Positions 35,030 to 49,992 of a stretch of DNA of 64,000 nt are shown piece by piece. How positions within the stretch are numbered: the first letter of the stretch is position 1; each line of letters begins with the position of its first letter. A model generated the notes under the pieces. The model saw nothing but the letters and a program-made list of their open reading frames with translations. It did not search any database and had not been told where the DNA came from. The stretch is from Candidatus Eiseniibacteriota bacterium (lineage in GTDB: Bacteria; Eisenbacteria; RBG-16-71-46): assembly GCA_963744995.1 (NCBI GenBank), contig CAVUWA010000010.1:256001-320000 (forward strand), read 5' to 3'. A program made the position numbers and the translations under genes.

Positions 35030-36021
35030 CGGCCGATCCCCAGTGCGGCAGCCGCGCGCCGGAGCACCGCGCAGCGCACCGACACGCCGTGGTTCACCTG
35101 CTGAAAGACCACCGAGCGCGCGTGGTCCATCACGTCGGAGGCCAGCTCGACGCCGCGGTTCACCGGTCCCGGATGCATGACCACCGCGTGCGGATGCATG
35201 AGCCCCAGACGCCTCACGTCGATCCCCCACTCGCGCGCGTATTCGCGCTCGGTGGAGATCAGCGCCTGGGCCATGCGCTCGTGCTGGATGCGCAGCGCCA
35301 TCACCGCGTCGGCGCCCTCGAGCGCCTCGTCGAGGTTCGCCGCCAGGCGGCCCCCCAGCGCGGCCGGCTCGCGCGGCATCAGGCTCGATGGGCCCGCGAA
35401 CACCACCTCGCAGCCGAGCGTCACCAGACCGAAGCAGGCCGAGCGCGCGACGCGTGAGTGGTCGATGTCGCCGACGATGGCGATCCGGCGGCCCTCGAAG
35501 CGGCCCTGCCAGGCTTCGTCGAGCGTCATGAGGTCCAGCAGGCCCTGGGTCGGATGCTCGTGCGCGCCGTCGCCCGCATTGATGATGCCGGCTTCGAGGT
35601 GCCGGGCGAGGAAGTGCGGGATCCCCGCCGAGCGGTGGCGCACGACGAGCAGGTCGACCCCCATGGATTCGATCACGCGCAGCGTGTCGAGCATCGTCTC
35701 GCCCTTGGAGAGCGACGAGCCGCCGGGCGAGAACGACGCGCTGGTGGCGCCGAGCCGGCGCTCGGCGATCTCGAACGACACGCGCGTCCGGGTCGAGTCC
35801 TCGAAGAACGCGTTGCACACGGTCAGGCCGCGCAGCTCGTCCGACGGCAGCTCGCCGCGCGCCACGCGGGCCTTCTGCAGACCGGCGTCGTCGAGCAGCG
35901 CGCGCAGCGTGGCACGCGGCATGCCGTCCAGCCCGAGCAGATGGCGCTCCGCAGCCGGGCCAAAAAAAATGCCCGCGTCCGAAGACGCCGGGCGTGCCTC
36001 ATTCGCGGTCATCGTCTGCAT
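35026..36021 (-). CDS. pyrB: Aspartate carbamoyltransferase catalytic subunit
   Basis: FFEDSTRTRVSFE, HEHPTQGLLD and MHPGPVNRG motifs. Confidence 0.96.
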   Translation of the reverse strand: MQTMTANEARPASSDAGIFFGPAAERHLLGLDGMPRATLRALLDDAGLQKARVARGELPSDELRGLTVCNAFFEDSTRTRVSFEIAERRLGATSASFSPGGSSLSKGETMLDTLRVIESMGVDLLVVRHRSAGIPHFLARHLEAGIINAGDGAHEHPTQGLLDLMTLDEAWQGRFEGRRIAIVGDIDHSRVARSACFGLVTLGCEVVFAGPSSLMPREPAALGGRLAANLDEALEGADAVMALRIQHERMAQALISTEREYAREWGIDVRRLGLMHPHAVVMHPGPVNRGVELASDVMDHARSVVFQQVNHGVSVRCAVLRRAAAALGIGR

Positions 36022-36027
36022 CGGAGT

Positions 36028-36060
36028 CCTTTCGCCGCCTCGCCGGGCGACGTTAAAAGG
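36028..36060 (-). promoter_or_regulatory. PyrR-binding RNA hairpin overlapping the pyrB Shine-Dalgarno
   Basis: CCUUUUAAC-GUCGCC-CGGCGA-GGCGGC-GAAAGG: CUUU(U)AA 5' motif, CNGNGA hexaloop, lower stem CCUUU/AAAGG containing the SD. Confidence 0.8.
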
Positions 36061-36083
36061 TTGGAACGGTTGCGAACGCCGGA

Positions 36084-36112
36084 AATCTAGCCCAGCGCGG
36101 CTCCGGATTCAA
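36084..36112 (-). promoter_or_regulatory. sigma70-like promoter of the pyrB operon
   Basis: TTGAAT-N17-TAGATT on the minus strand, just upstream of the PyrR hairpin. Confidence 0.55.
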
Positions 36113-36269
36113 CTCCGTGTCAATCCGGCGTTGACGGGCGGGCCCGCCCGTGCGTAACGTTCGGCGGCTTCAGGAAGTTCAGGCTGGTCGCGCAGTTGCG
36201 CCGGATCGCCCACACGGACGCGGGCGTTTCGAAGACGCATCCCGAGCGTCCGTGAATCGGGAGTTTGCC

Positions 36270-40716
<4,447 letters not shown>

Positions 40717-40720
<4 letters not shown>

Positions 40721-41721
40721 GCTCCGGCCTCCGCAGCCGCGGCTTTCTTCTTCTTCTTCCTGCCGCCGCCTTCCTTCGCCGCCGCGGCATCGAGCCAGCG
40801 CTGCCGCGCGGCGGGATCCTCGATCATCGGGTAGCCCATGTCGCGACGCTGTTCGACGTATGCGAGCGCGGCGCGGCGCGCGAGCTTCCGCACCCGGCCG
40901 ATGTAGCCGACGCGCTCGCTGACGGAGATCGCGCCGCGCGCATCGAGCACGTTGAACAGGTGCGAGCACTTGATCACGCAGTCGTAGCCCGGGTTCACGA
41001 GGCCCATCTCCAGCAGGCGCAACGCGTCGGCCTCCCAGTGCTTGAACATGTCGAAGTGCGCCTGCACGTCGGCCACCTCGAAGTTGTAGCGCGAGTATTC
41101 GACCTCGTTGCGCAGCCACAGGTCGGCCCAGGTCACCGCCCCGTGGCCTTCGCCGGCGGGCGCCCACACCAGGTCCTGCACGCGATCGGTGCCCTGCAGC
41201 ATCATGCCGATGCGGTCGAGGCCGTAGGTGAGCTCGGCGGAAACCACGTCGACCTCGATGCCGCCGCACTGCTGGAAGTAGGTGAACTGCGAGATCTCCT
41301 GACCGTCCATCCACACCTGCCAGCCGAGCCCGGCGGCGCCGAGCGTCGGCGACTCCCAGTCGTCCTCGACCAGGCGCAGGTCGTGCTCGCGCGGCTCGAT
41401 GCCGAGCGCGCGCAGCGACTCGAAGTAGAGATCCACCACCTCGCCCGGCGAGGGTTTGAGGATCACCTGATACTGATAGAACTGCTGGAAACGGTTCGGG
41501 TTCTCGCCGTAGCGGCCGTCCTTGGGGCGCCGCGACGGCTCGACGTACGCCGCGCGCCAGGGTTCGGGCCCCAGCGAGCGCAGGAACGTCGCCGGATTGA
41601 ACGTGCCGGCGCCGACTTCCGACGCATAGGGCTGCTGGATCACGCAGCCGCGGTTCGCCCAGAACGTCTCGAGCGAGATCATCATGTCCTGGAGCGAGCG
41701 GGCGGGGTTCAGGCCGGACAT
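40717..41721 (-). CDS. glyQ: Glycine--tRNA ligase alpha subunit
   Basis: [23 protein letters not shown] and [11 protein letters not shown] motifs. Confidence 0.97.
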
Positions 41722-42539
41722 TCGGAGTCCTTCCGGAGCGCGGGGCCTTCGGCGACGGCGCCCTCGGGCGGCGTGGCGGCGGGACCGTGCAGGTGGCGCA
41801 GCGTCTCCAGGGAACGCAGTCCCTGGAAGCGCTGGAAGTGGTGGCGCAGGAAGCTCTCGACGACGCGCAGGATCTCACCCGCGCGCTTCACCTCGAGATA
41901 TTCGCCCGCCTCGTGGACCGGGCGCGAGAGCAGCAGCGACAGCCCGGCGAGCGCGTCGGCGGAAAGCCGGATGGTGCCGGCTTCGATACGGGCGCACGCG
42001 TCGCACAGCAGCCCGCCGCGCGCGGGCGAGAACAGGCGCTCCTGCGACAGCGGCCGCCCGCAGCCCGCACACGCGTCGAGTCGCGGCCGGTAGCCGAGCA
42101 GGCTCGAGGTCTGCAGCTCGAACGCCAGGGTGATCGCCGGCAGCGCGGCTTCGGGAGCGTCGGCGGCCGACTCGATCGTCGCCGCCAGCAGGTCGAACAG
42201 GTCGGCGTGCGCCTCTTCGCCCCAGACCAGCCGGTCGATCAGCTCGAGTGCGGCCTGTGCGTGGGCGAGCCGGGTGAGGTCCTGGATGCGGCTGCCGGTG
42301 GGCGCGATGGTTTCGGCCTGCGAGAGCAGGTGCAGGTCACGATCGGCCTTCTGGTAGTAGGTGAAGCGCGACCGCGACAGCGGCTCGAGCGAGAATCCGA
42401 AGCGGTGCGGCGCCTTGCGCGCGCCCTTGGCGACGAGCTTCGTGAGCCCGAAGTCGCGCGTGTAGACCACGACGATGCGGCTCGTGTCACCGAGCGCGTA
42501 CGTCTTGAGGACGATGCCTTCAGAACGAACGAGGGCCAA
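41709..42539 (-). CDS. recO: DNA repair protein RecO
   Basis: EGIVLK, AKGARK and Zn finger CAGC...CDAC; context next to glyQ. Confidence 0.9.
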   Translation of the reverse strand: MALVRSEGIVLKTYALGDTSRIVVVYTRDFGLTKLVAKGARKAPHRFGFSLEPLSRSRFTYYQKADRDLHLLSQAETIAPTGSRIQDLTRLAHAQAALELIDRLVWGEEAHADLFDLLAATIESAADAPEAALPAITLAFELQTSSLLGYRPRLDACAGCGRPLSQERLFSPARGGLLCDACARIEAGTIRLSADALAGLSLLLSRPVHEAGEYLEVKRAGEILRVVESFLRHHFQRFQGLRSLETLRHLHGPAATPPEGAVAEGPALRKDSECPA

Positions 42540-42596
42540 CGGACCTCCAGCTTTGCCGCAAGGCGGACTCCGGACGCCGCGGCGCCGGACGCTCCG

Positions 42597-43328
42597 TCAC
42601 ACGGCCGAGCGGGTTTCCGCGTTCCCCCCGTATTCCGGACCCGGCTCGGCGCCGGGCTGGATGACGCCGCCGGAGACGATGACCTTGAGCCCGTCCTCGA
42701 CCGGCCAGTCGAGATGGATGATCTGGGAACGCGGCACGTAGTGCACGAAGCCGGAGGCGGGATTCGGCGTGTGCGGGATGAACACGACCTCGTGCGCTTC
42801 CGGCAGCTTCGCCAGCACGTCGTCGCTCGCGTGTCCCGTGACGAATCCCAGACGCCACATGCCCGGATGCGGCCACGGCACCAGCACCACCTGCCGGAAC
42901 GCCTGCCGCTGCCGGGAAAGCAGCGCCTCTCCCAGTGACTTCGTGGAGCCGTACAAAATACCGACGCCCGGAATACGGGTCAATAAACCGTCCCACATCG
43001 CGATCACGTAGCGCCCGCCGATCCATGAGCCGATCGCGCCGACGAACAGCAGCAGCAGCACCGTCGCGACCAGCCCGAGCCCCGGGATCCGCACGTCGCC
43101 AAGCGCCGGGATATGGATGTAGCGGCCGATCAGGTTGTCGAACCAGTTGAGGATCTTGTAGAGGACCCAGATCGTCACCGCGGACGGGCCGAGCACGAGC
43201 AGTCCGGTGAGCAGCCACTGCCGCATGAGCAGTGCGAATGTCAGTTTCGGCTCCGGCGCGGGCGGCGGCCCCTTGCGTGGCCCGTTCGCGCGGGCGCGCT
43301 TCGGCTTTGCGGCGCCCTTCTTCACCAT
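42597..43328 (-). CDS. DUF502 family membrane protein
   Basis: IPGLGL, RIP....Y and FIPHTPNPASGF motifs. Confidence 0.85.
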   Translation of the reverse strand: MVKKGAAKPKRARANGPRKGPPPAPEPKLTFALLMRQWLLTGLLVLGPSAVTIWVLYKILNWFDNLIGRYIHIPALGDVRIPGLGLVATVLLLLFVGAIGSWIGGRYVIAMWDGLLTRIPGVGILYGSTKSLGEALLSRQRQAFRQVVLVPWPHPGMWRLGFVTGHASDDVLAKLPEAHEVVFIPHTPNPASGFVHYVPRSQIIHLDWPVEDGLKVIVSGGVIQPGAEPGPEYGGNAETRSAV

Positions 43329-43813
43329 GACGCCCCTCCGAGCGCTGCGTCGAGCGCCGTGACGTGCGTGGCGATGCCCTTCATGGCGCGGCGCTCCTGC
43401 GCGCGCATGTGGGCGCGCTCCCGCTCGCGATGATGGTCGAGTCCCGCGAGGTGCAGTGCGCCGTGCACGACGACCCGCGCCAGCTCGCGGCCGGGTGTGA
43501 CGCGGTAGCGCCTGGACTGGACGCGCACGCGGTCGAGCGAGATCACCAGATCGCCGGACACCGCGGCGCGGCCGCCTGCCCCCGCGGGGCGGCGCGCCGG
43601 CGCTTCGTCGTCGTATGCGAAGCTCAGCACGTCGGTGGCGCGATCGATGCCGCGCCAGCGCCGGTTGAGTTCGCGCAGCTGCGCGTCGTCGGTGAGCACG
43701 ATCGTGATGTCTCCCGGGCGTCCCTGCTCGAGCGCCAGCGCACCGCGCACCAGAGCGCGCAGCGGCGGCGCGAGCCGCGCCCCGCTACGTGGACTCGCGA
43801 CGGAGATCGGCAT
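43322..43813 (-). CDS. ybeY: rRNA maturation endoribonuclease YbeY
   Basis: TDVLSF and HGALHLAGLDH motifs. Confidence 0.92.
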   Translation of the reverse strand: MPISVASPRSGARLAPPLRALVRGALALEQGRPGDITIVLTDDAQLRELNRRWRGIDRATDVLSFAYDDEAPARRPAGAGGRAAVSGDLVISLDRVRVQSRRYRVTPGRELARVVVHGALHLAGLDHHRERERAHMRAQERRAMKGIATHVTALDAALGGASW

Positions 43814-46010
43814 CGACGCGGGCGCCCTTCTTCGGCGCCTCGGGGTAGGGCGCCCGCACGTGGAAGATCGCGGTGAGCACCGGAATGAACGCCTCCCGCA
43901 CGCGGGCCAGTTCCTGCAGCGTGAGGCCGCACTCGTCGAGCTGCCCCTGCTGCACGCGCTCGTCCATGATCCGGGTCACGAGGCCGCGGATCCGGCTCGG
44001 CGTCGGCTCGGCCAGCGCGCGCGACGCGCCTTCGACGCCGTCGGCGAGCATGAGGATCGCGGTCTCGCGCGAACGCGGCCGCGGGCCGGGGTAGGAAAAG
44101 TCCTCGCGCCGCGCGGCGGGATCCGCCTCGAGCGCCTTGTGGTAGAAGAACGCCATCACCATCGTGCCGTGGTGCTCGGGGATCGCCTGCTGCACCGCGC
44201 GCGGCAGCCGCTCGCGGCGCGCCATTTCGAGCCCTTCGCTGATGTGGGACTTCACGACCAGCGTGCTCATGCTCGGCGTCAGCCGCTCGTGACGGCTGCG
44301 CGAGGAGGCCGGCTCGTTCTCGGCGTAGTACTCGGGCTTCGCCAGCTTGCCGATGTCGTGGTAGTAGGCCGACACGCGCGCGAGCAGCGAATTGGCGCCG
44401 ATCGCCTCGGCGCCCGCTTCGGCGAGCTGGCCCACGATCATGCAGTGGTGGTAGGTGCCCGGCGCCTCGAGCTGCAGGCGCTTCAGCAGCGGCCGGTTGA
44501 GGTCCGACAGCTCGAGCAGCGTGATGTCGGAGGTCAGGCCGAACACGTGCTCGACCACCGGCAGCAGCAGGAACGCGATCGACACCGCGAGGAACGCGTT
44601 CAGCGTGCCCCACATCGCGTCGCGGGCGAGGATCGTCGCCGAGATCCCGCGCGCCAGGTCCCAGGCGAGAATCGCCGTGAGGTTGGCGAGCGCGATCGTG
44701 AAGAACGCGCTGGCGAAGTGCCAGCGGTGACGCAGGCGCGAGATCGAGTACACCGCGGTCACGCCGCCCATCACCGCCACGGGCACGAACGGCGGCCGGA
44801 TCTCCACCACCGCGGTCACCACCACGGCCAGCATCAGGGTGAACACCAGCGCCGGGCGCTTCTCGAGCAGCGAGCCCACGACCAGCGGCGCGAGTGCCAG
44901 CGGCACCGTGAACTCCGAGAGGCCGAGCATGCCGACCTGCACCTGGGCGATCACCATGACCACGATCGTGATCAGAGCGAACATCGCGAGCATGGCGTTG
45001 TCGCGATGCACCGCCGGCAGCTCCATGCGCAGGTAGGTCGCGAAGGCGGCGATGAACAGCAGCATGAGCAGCATGCGCGCGACCGGCGGGTACAGGAACT
45101 CCGTGCGCGCCTGGCGTGCGGACTCGAGGTTGCGGAGCGAGCGCAGCTTCAGGAGCGCCGACTCGTCGATGCGCTGGTTGGCATCGACGATCAGCTCGTC
45201 CTTCTTGACGAAGCCGACCGTCGACGGCACCACCCCCTGCGCCTGGACACGCCGCCATTCGGTCTCGGCGCGATCGAAGGTCACGTTGGGCTGGACGAAC
45301 GCGCCCGCCAGCTCGGTCACCAGCTTCACGCTGCGCGGGTCCCCGCCGAACGCGGAGCGGGCGCGGCGCTCGAGCTGCGCGATCCCCTCCTCGCGGTCGT
45401 AAAGGAGGCTCGTCGACTGCGTCTTCTCGGACTCGCCGTCGCGCAGCCGCACGACGGCATAACCCTGGATCTGGCCGTTGCGCTTCTCGGCGACGACGCC
45501 GGCGTCGTAGATCTCGTTGAGCCAGCCGTTCATCGCGCCCAGCACCTGGCGCGCCCGGCCCGGTGCGGAGAGTGCGCGCGCCGACTCCTCGCTCAGCGGC
45601 ACGCCGAGCATGCGCATGCGTTCGGTGCGCTCGCCCGGGCGCAGGTTCGCATCGCCCACCACCGCGAGCACCCGCTCCTGGAACGTGGCGAAGCGCTCCT
45701 GCATGCCGGACGACACGCGCGGGTCGATCACGTAGACCGGTGGCACGGCCGCCGCGGCGTCTTCCTGCTCGCGTCGCAGCGTGGCCTCGTCCTTTTCGAT
45801 GCGGAAGTCGAACGGCGCCACGACCCGGTCGGTGGAGATGTCGCCGACCCGGTAGCGGAACTTCTCCGGCGCCCCGCCGCGCCCGGGCAGCAGCGCGGCC
45901 ACCGCGAGCAGCACGATGACCAGCAGCGCCCGCACCGCGAAGTAACCCCAGCGGAACGGCCGGGCGCGGTCGGGCAGCGGCGGATGGGCGGTGGAATCCG
46001 TGACGGTCAT
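43785..46010 (-). CDS. 7TM-HD phosphohydrolase (PgpH-like; putative c-di-AMP phosphodiesterase)
   Basis: Extracellular 7TM-HD domain, TM bundle, APGTYHH, YYHDIGK and EHHGT motifs. Confidence 0.88.
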   Translation of the reverse strand: MTVTDSTAHPPLPDRARPFRWGYFAVRALLVIVLLAVAALLPGRGGAPEKFRYRVGDISTDRVVAPFDFRIEKDEATLRREQEDAAAAVPPVYVIDPRVSSGMQERFATFQERVLAVVGDANLRPGERTERMRMLGVPLSEESARALSAPGRARQVLGAMNGWLNEIYDAGVVAEKRNGQIQGYAVVRLRDGESEKTQSTSLLYDREEGIAQLERRARSAFGGDPRSVKLVTELAGAFVQPNVTFDRAETEWRRVQAQGVVPSTVGFVKKDELIVDANQRIDESALLKLRSLRNLESARQARTEFLYPPVARMLLMLLFIAAFATYLRMELPAVHRDNAMLAMFALITIVVMVIAQVQVGMLGLSEFTVPLALAPLVVGSLLEKRPALVFTLMLAVVVTAVVEIRPPFVPVAVMGGVTAVYSISRLRHRWHFASAFFTIALANLTAILAWDLARGISATILARDAMWGTLNAFLAVSIAFLLLPVVEHVFGLTSDITLLELSDLNRPLLKRLQLEAPGTYHHCMIVGQLAEAGAEAIGANSLLARVSAYYHDIGKLAKPEYYAENEPASSRSRHERLTPSMSTLVVKSHISEGLEMARRERLPRAVQQAIPEHHGTMVMAFFYHKALEADPAARREDFSYPGPRPRSRETAILMLADGVEGASRALAEPTPSRIRGLVTRIMDERVQQGQLDECGLTLQELARVREAFIPVLTAIFHVRAPYPEAPKKGARVDADLRREST

Positions 46011-46049
46011 GGTCGCGGCTTTCGGGGTGACGGGGACGTCGGGTTGCGC

Positions 46050-47129
46050 TTAAAGCGACGGTTCCTGCGGGTCCGCGGCCGGCGCCCCGGCGCCGGGCTC
46101 CGCCGGCGTTTCGGCGTCGGCCGCGGGGCTGTCGGTCGGCTCGAGGCTGTGCCCCACGCCATCCTCCAGCTTGCCGTTGGCCCGCGTATGGTAGTCGTCG
46201 AAGGCGCGGATGATGTCGCGCACGAGGCGGTGCCGCACCACGTCTTCCGGATGGAAGTAGATGAAGTCGACGCCCTCGAGCCCGCCGAGGATCGACTGGA
46301 TGCGCACGAGGCCCGAAGCGTCCGGATCGCTGAGGTCGATCTGCGTGATGTCCCCGGTGATCACCGCACGCGAGTTCACACCCATGCGGGTGAGGAACAT
46401 CTTCATCTGCCGCACGGTCGTGTTCTGCGCTTCGTCGAGGATCACGTACGAGTTGTGCAGCGTGCGTCCGCGCATGAACGCCAGCGGCGCGATCTCGATC
46501 ACACCCAGCTCGATGTAGCGGCGCATGCGGTCGTAGGACATCAGGTCGGCGAGCGCGTCGTACATCGGCCTGAGGTATGGATCGACCTTCTCCTGCATGT
46601 CACCGGGCAGGAAGCCCAGGCTCTCGCCCGCCTCGACCGCCGGGCGCACCAGGATGATGCGGTCCACCTTCTTCTGCCTGAGCGCATTCACCGCCGCCGC
46701 GACCGCCAGATACGTCTTGCCCGTACCCGCCGGCCCGATCGCGAACACCACATCATGCTCTTGAAGCGCCTTGAGGTAGGTCGCCTGCATCGGCGTGCGC
46801 GCACGCACGGTCTTGCGGTCGAACGAATAGCCCGGCGCGCCGTCGTAGGCGTCCACGAGCCGGCCGTTGCCGTTGCCGTTGCGCGGTCCGAGCGCGGTGG
46901 CGACGTCGGCCTCCTCGACCATGCGACCCCGTTCGGCGATGTCGACGAGCTGCTCGATCGCGTGCGAAGCGGACTTCACCGCCTCCACGTCTCCGGCCAC
47001 CGTGATCGTGCCGTCGCGGAGCGTGATGCGCACCGGCAGCGCTTTCTCGATGTGCCTGAGATTGACGTCGTTCTGCCCCAGCAGGTGAATGGGATCGAGA
47101 TGCTCGATGGGGAACTTGCGAACGTTCAC
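46050..47129 (-). CDS. phoH: PhoH-like ATPase
   Basis: GPAGTGKT, RPAVEAGE, AFMRGRTL and DEAQN motifs. Confidence 0.94.
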   Translation of the reverse strand: MNVRKFPIEHLDPIHLLGQNDVNLRHIEKALPVRITLRDGTITVAGDVEAVKSASHAIEQLVDIAERGRMVEEADVATALGPRNGNGNGRLVDAYDGAPGYSFDRKTVRARTPMQATYLKALQEHDVVFAIGPAGTGKTYLAVAAAVNALRQKKVDRIILVRPAVEAGESLGFLPGDMQEKVDPYLRPMYDALADLMSYDRMRRYIELGVIEIAPLAFMRGRTLHNSYVILDEAQNTTVRQMKMFLTRMGVNSRAVITGDITQIDLSDPDASGLVRIQSILGGLEGVDFIYFHPEDVVRHRLVRDIIRAFDDYHTRANGKLEDGVGHSLEPTDSPAADAETPAEPGAGAPAADPQEPSL

Positions 47130-47324
47130 GTGGTCTTCCTCGCGTACCCGAAAAACACAAAACTCCTGACCGTCGAGACCCCCATGGGGATCAGGCCAAG
47201 AGCAGGATCAGCTGGCGATGTGAAGGCGGTTGCCCGAGTCAATCCTTTGTCGTCCAAGGTCCTGTCAGCCCCGAATCTGCGCGCGAAATCAACGATTTCG
47301 CGTTTCCTTCGAGACACCGGAAGG

Positions 47325-47353
47325 ACGGTAGCATGCGGTCTGAGGGGGGTCAA
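47325..47353 (-). promoter_or_regulatory. sigma70-like promoter about 190 nt upstream of phoH
   Basis: TTGACC-N17-TACCGT with a TGn extension. Confidence 0.55.
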
Positions 47354-47526
47354 TCGGCCTTCCGTTGCCGCGTTCCCGAATGGTTGGATGCGTCAGACCG
47401 CTGCCGGGAGTATCGGCCGGGGGCGGCCCCGGGTTGACGGTAGAGTCGGGCCGGTTGCCGGGACGGGACGGACGGCCGACCGGACCCCGAGTCGGCTGCC
47501 GGCGAACGGGTTGCGGCGGCGTGCGC

Positions 47527-49992
47527 TCATTCGATGACCACCGCGCGGACCGTTCGCGAATCGGGCCCGCGGAGGAGCCGGATAAGATAGACACCCGGCG
47601 CGAGATGCCCGGCGCCGAGCGACACGACGTGCCTGCCGGCACCGAGGGCGCCCACGTCGCGCAAGCCTACGCGGCGGCCGGTGACGTCGAACGCCGCGAG
47701 TTGCGCGGGGGCAGCATCCGGCAGCGAGAACGCGACCCGCATGCTGCCGCGCGCAGGGTTGGGCATGGCGCCGGCGAGCGTGAAGTCGACACGCGCTGCC
47801 GGTTCCACGGCGGTCGTCGGCGCGGAGTGGTTCTCCAGCACCGTGACGTCGTTGCCGCGCGCGTTGGCCACCGCGATGTCGAGATCGCCGTCGCCGTCGA
47901 AGTCGACCGCCACGAGATCGGCGGGGCCATCGCCAGCAATGTGATCCTCGCGCGGCCCGAACGTGCCGTCGCCGCGCCCGTAGCGGATCGTCACGGCATT
48001 GGCGTGGTCGCTGCTCGTGAGCGCGTCGAGAAGGCCGTCGCCGTCCGTGTCGGCGAGGCGGATGCCGGTGACGGATGCCGACACGGAATCTTCTCGGCCG
48101 TAGGTCGCACCTGGCGTCCATACCCAGCTGGCGACGGTTCCACCACTGTCCTGACGCGTGGCGACGACGAGATCGGGCCACTCGTCGGAGGTGACCTCGC
48201 CCACCGCGAACCAGGAGCGGATGCCGCCGCCGCTTCCAAGCGAGTACGTCGAGCTGCTGATCGTACCCCCTGCACCATCACCATAGGTGACCGGCTGCTG
48301 GCCACCTGACAACGCGGAACTCATGGGCACGTTGCAGACGATGTCCAGGTGGCCATCGTGGTTGACGTCGAGCATGGCGACCTTGCGTCCCCATGCATTC
48401 GGGATCGCCGTCGCTGCTCCGAAGCCGCCGTGTCCGTCACCCTCCATCCACAGCACGCCAGACAATTCGGCGATGACGAGATCCGCCAGGCCATCTCCGT
48501 TCCAGTCTCCGAGCGCGAGGTTCAGCGGACCCCCTCCGACTGCATAGTCGACGCGCGGTTCGAAGCCGCCCCCCACGACGCCTTTGAAGACGCTGACCGC
48601 GCCGGCCGAGTCCCCTGCCGAAATCAGGTCGGACCTGCCATCCCTGTCGAGGTCCGTAGCTAGGAGCGCCATGACGCCGGCGGGCGCGTCGTAAGCGATC
48701 GGCCCGCCGAAGCTCCCGTCCCCGAGCCCCGGCAGGACGGTGATCGAGCGGTCACCGGAGTTCGCCGTCGCGACATCGATCATCGCATCGCCGGTGAACT
48801 CGCCGGCGACAATCGCGACGGGGTTTACGCCGGTCGGATATTCCGCCGGGTGAACGAATCCACGTGGAGAAACCCCGTACAGAATCGTTGTGAGCGGCGT
48901 CGCCCGGCAGCCGACCAGCATGTCGCGGTGCCCGTCGCCGTTCACGTCGCCGAATGTCACGTGCTCGGGCTCGTGCCCGACGATCCACGTCTCGGGCGGC
49001 GAAAAGCCCCAGGCGCCGTCGCCGAAGCGGACGCTCACGTCGTCTTCGCCCAGCGTGACGACGTCCACGTTGCCGTCGCCGTCGACGTCGGTGACCGTAT
49101 CCGGGGCGACTGTGTCCGGATCGAATCCCACGTTGCCCATGAGCGTGAAAGTGGCGTCACCGTGCCCCCGATAGAGTTCGCCACCGACAATCACGTCCGC
49201 GTGCGAGTCGTGATCAAGGTCCACGGTGAACATCGACGTGCGCCCGATCGGGGCGACGGGAACATAGGCCTCGTATGAGCCGTCGGCGGCGCCGCGGACG
49301 AAACCCCAGTCTCCCTGCGGGTAGTCCCTGGCGATGATGACATCGTTGATGTCGTCTTCGTCGATGTCGGCTGCAGCGATTCCCTTGACCCCATACAGGT
49401 ACTCAGGAACGACGACGGTGGAGTCCATGTTGGGGCCGCCCGGGTCCCGATAGAGCACGAAGGCCTCGCCATCTGTGCTCCCGTACGCGATGTCCGGGTA
49501 GGGATCCCCATCGAAGTCGTGGAAGACATGAACGAGTGATCCGAACCCCGGGACCACGGCTCCCGTACCGAAGGTCCCGTCACCACTTCCGGGCCACACA
49601 TAGCCCATCCACGTCTCGGCCTGTGTCATGACGTCGAGGTGTCCGTCCGCGTCGAGATCGATCACCTCGATCCAGGCCGGATCGGTGCCGTAGCCCCCGT
49701 AGCCCAAATAGTTGAAGTAGCGCGGCACACCTTCGAATCCACCGCTGCCATCCCCCAGGCGCACCATGAACCCGAGGTCCGTCAGCGAGACCAGGTCGAG
49801 CACGCCGTCTTCGTTCACGTCGGCCAGGTGAATCATCACGTGGCTCGTGTGCTCGGGCAGATCCAGCGACACGCCCCCCGTATCGAACACCGGCCTCATC
49901 TGAGCGCCGGCCGTGGTCGTCGCGCTGGCGAGCATCGCGGCGGTGATCGACGCAATCAGCGCATGTCGAAGAAGTGATCGGATCGATGTCAT
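47527..49992 (-). CDS. Secreted FG-GAP/VCBS-repeat beta-propeller protein with T9SS-CTD/FlgD-like C-terminal domain
   Basis: Many D(V/F/L)(N/D)GDG..D repeats, signal peptide, C-terminal PNPARG...FDVTGRRV...LAPGVYLIRL. Confidence 0.88.
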   Translation of the reverse strand: MTSIRSLLRHALIASITAAMLASATTTAGAQMRPVFDTGGVSLDLPEHTSHVMIHLADVNEDGVLDLVSLTDLGFMVRLGDGSGGFEGVPRYFNYLGYGGYGTDPAWIEVIDLDADGHLDVMTQAETWMGYVWPGSGDGTFGTGAVVPGFGSLVHVFHDFDGDPYPDIAYGSTDGEAFVLYRDPGGPNMDSTVVVPEYLYGVKGIAAADIDEDDINDVIIARDYPQGDWGFVRGAADGSYEAYVPVAPIGRTSMFTVDLDHDSHADVIVGGELYRGHGDATFTLMGNVGFDPDTVAPDTVTDVDGDGNVDVVTLGEDDVSVRFGDGAWGFSPPETWIVGHEPEHVTFGDVNGDGHRDMLVGCRATPLTTILYGVSPRGFVHPAEYPTGVNPVAIVAGEFTGDAMIDVATANSGDRSITVLPGLGDGSFGGPIAYDAPAGVMALLATDLDRDGRSDLISAGDSAGAVSVFKGVVGGGFEPRVDYAVGGGPLNLALGDWNGDGLADLVIAELSGVLWMEGDGHGGFGAATAIPNAWGRKVAMLDVNHDGHLDIVCNVPMSSALSGGQQPVTYGDGAGGTISSSTYSLGSGGGIRSWFAVGEVTSDEWPDLVVATRQDSGGTVASWVWTPGATYGREDSVSASVTGIRLADTDGDGLLDALTSSDHANAVTIRYGRGDGTFGPREDHIAGDGPADLVAVDFDGDGDLDIAVANARGNDVTVLENHSAPTTAVEPAARVDFTLAGAMPNPARGSMRVAFSLPDAAPAQLAAFDVTGRRVGLRDVGALGAGRHVVSLGAGHLAPGVYLIRLLRGPDSRTVRAVVIE

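Noticed and set aside
35961..35970. A8 run in pyrB as a phase-variation or slippage site
   Set aside because: The frame is intact (ATT TTT TTT) and there is no evidence of length variation.
47130..47320. c-di-AMP (ydaO) riboswitch or glycine T-box upstream of phoH
   Set aside because: Consensus motifs could not be matched by eye; kept only as an unclassified leader.
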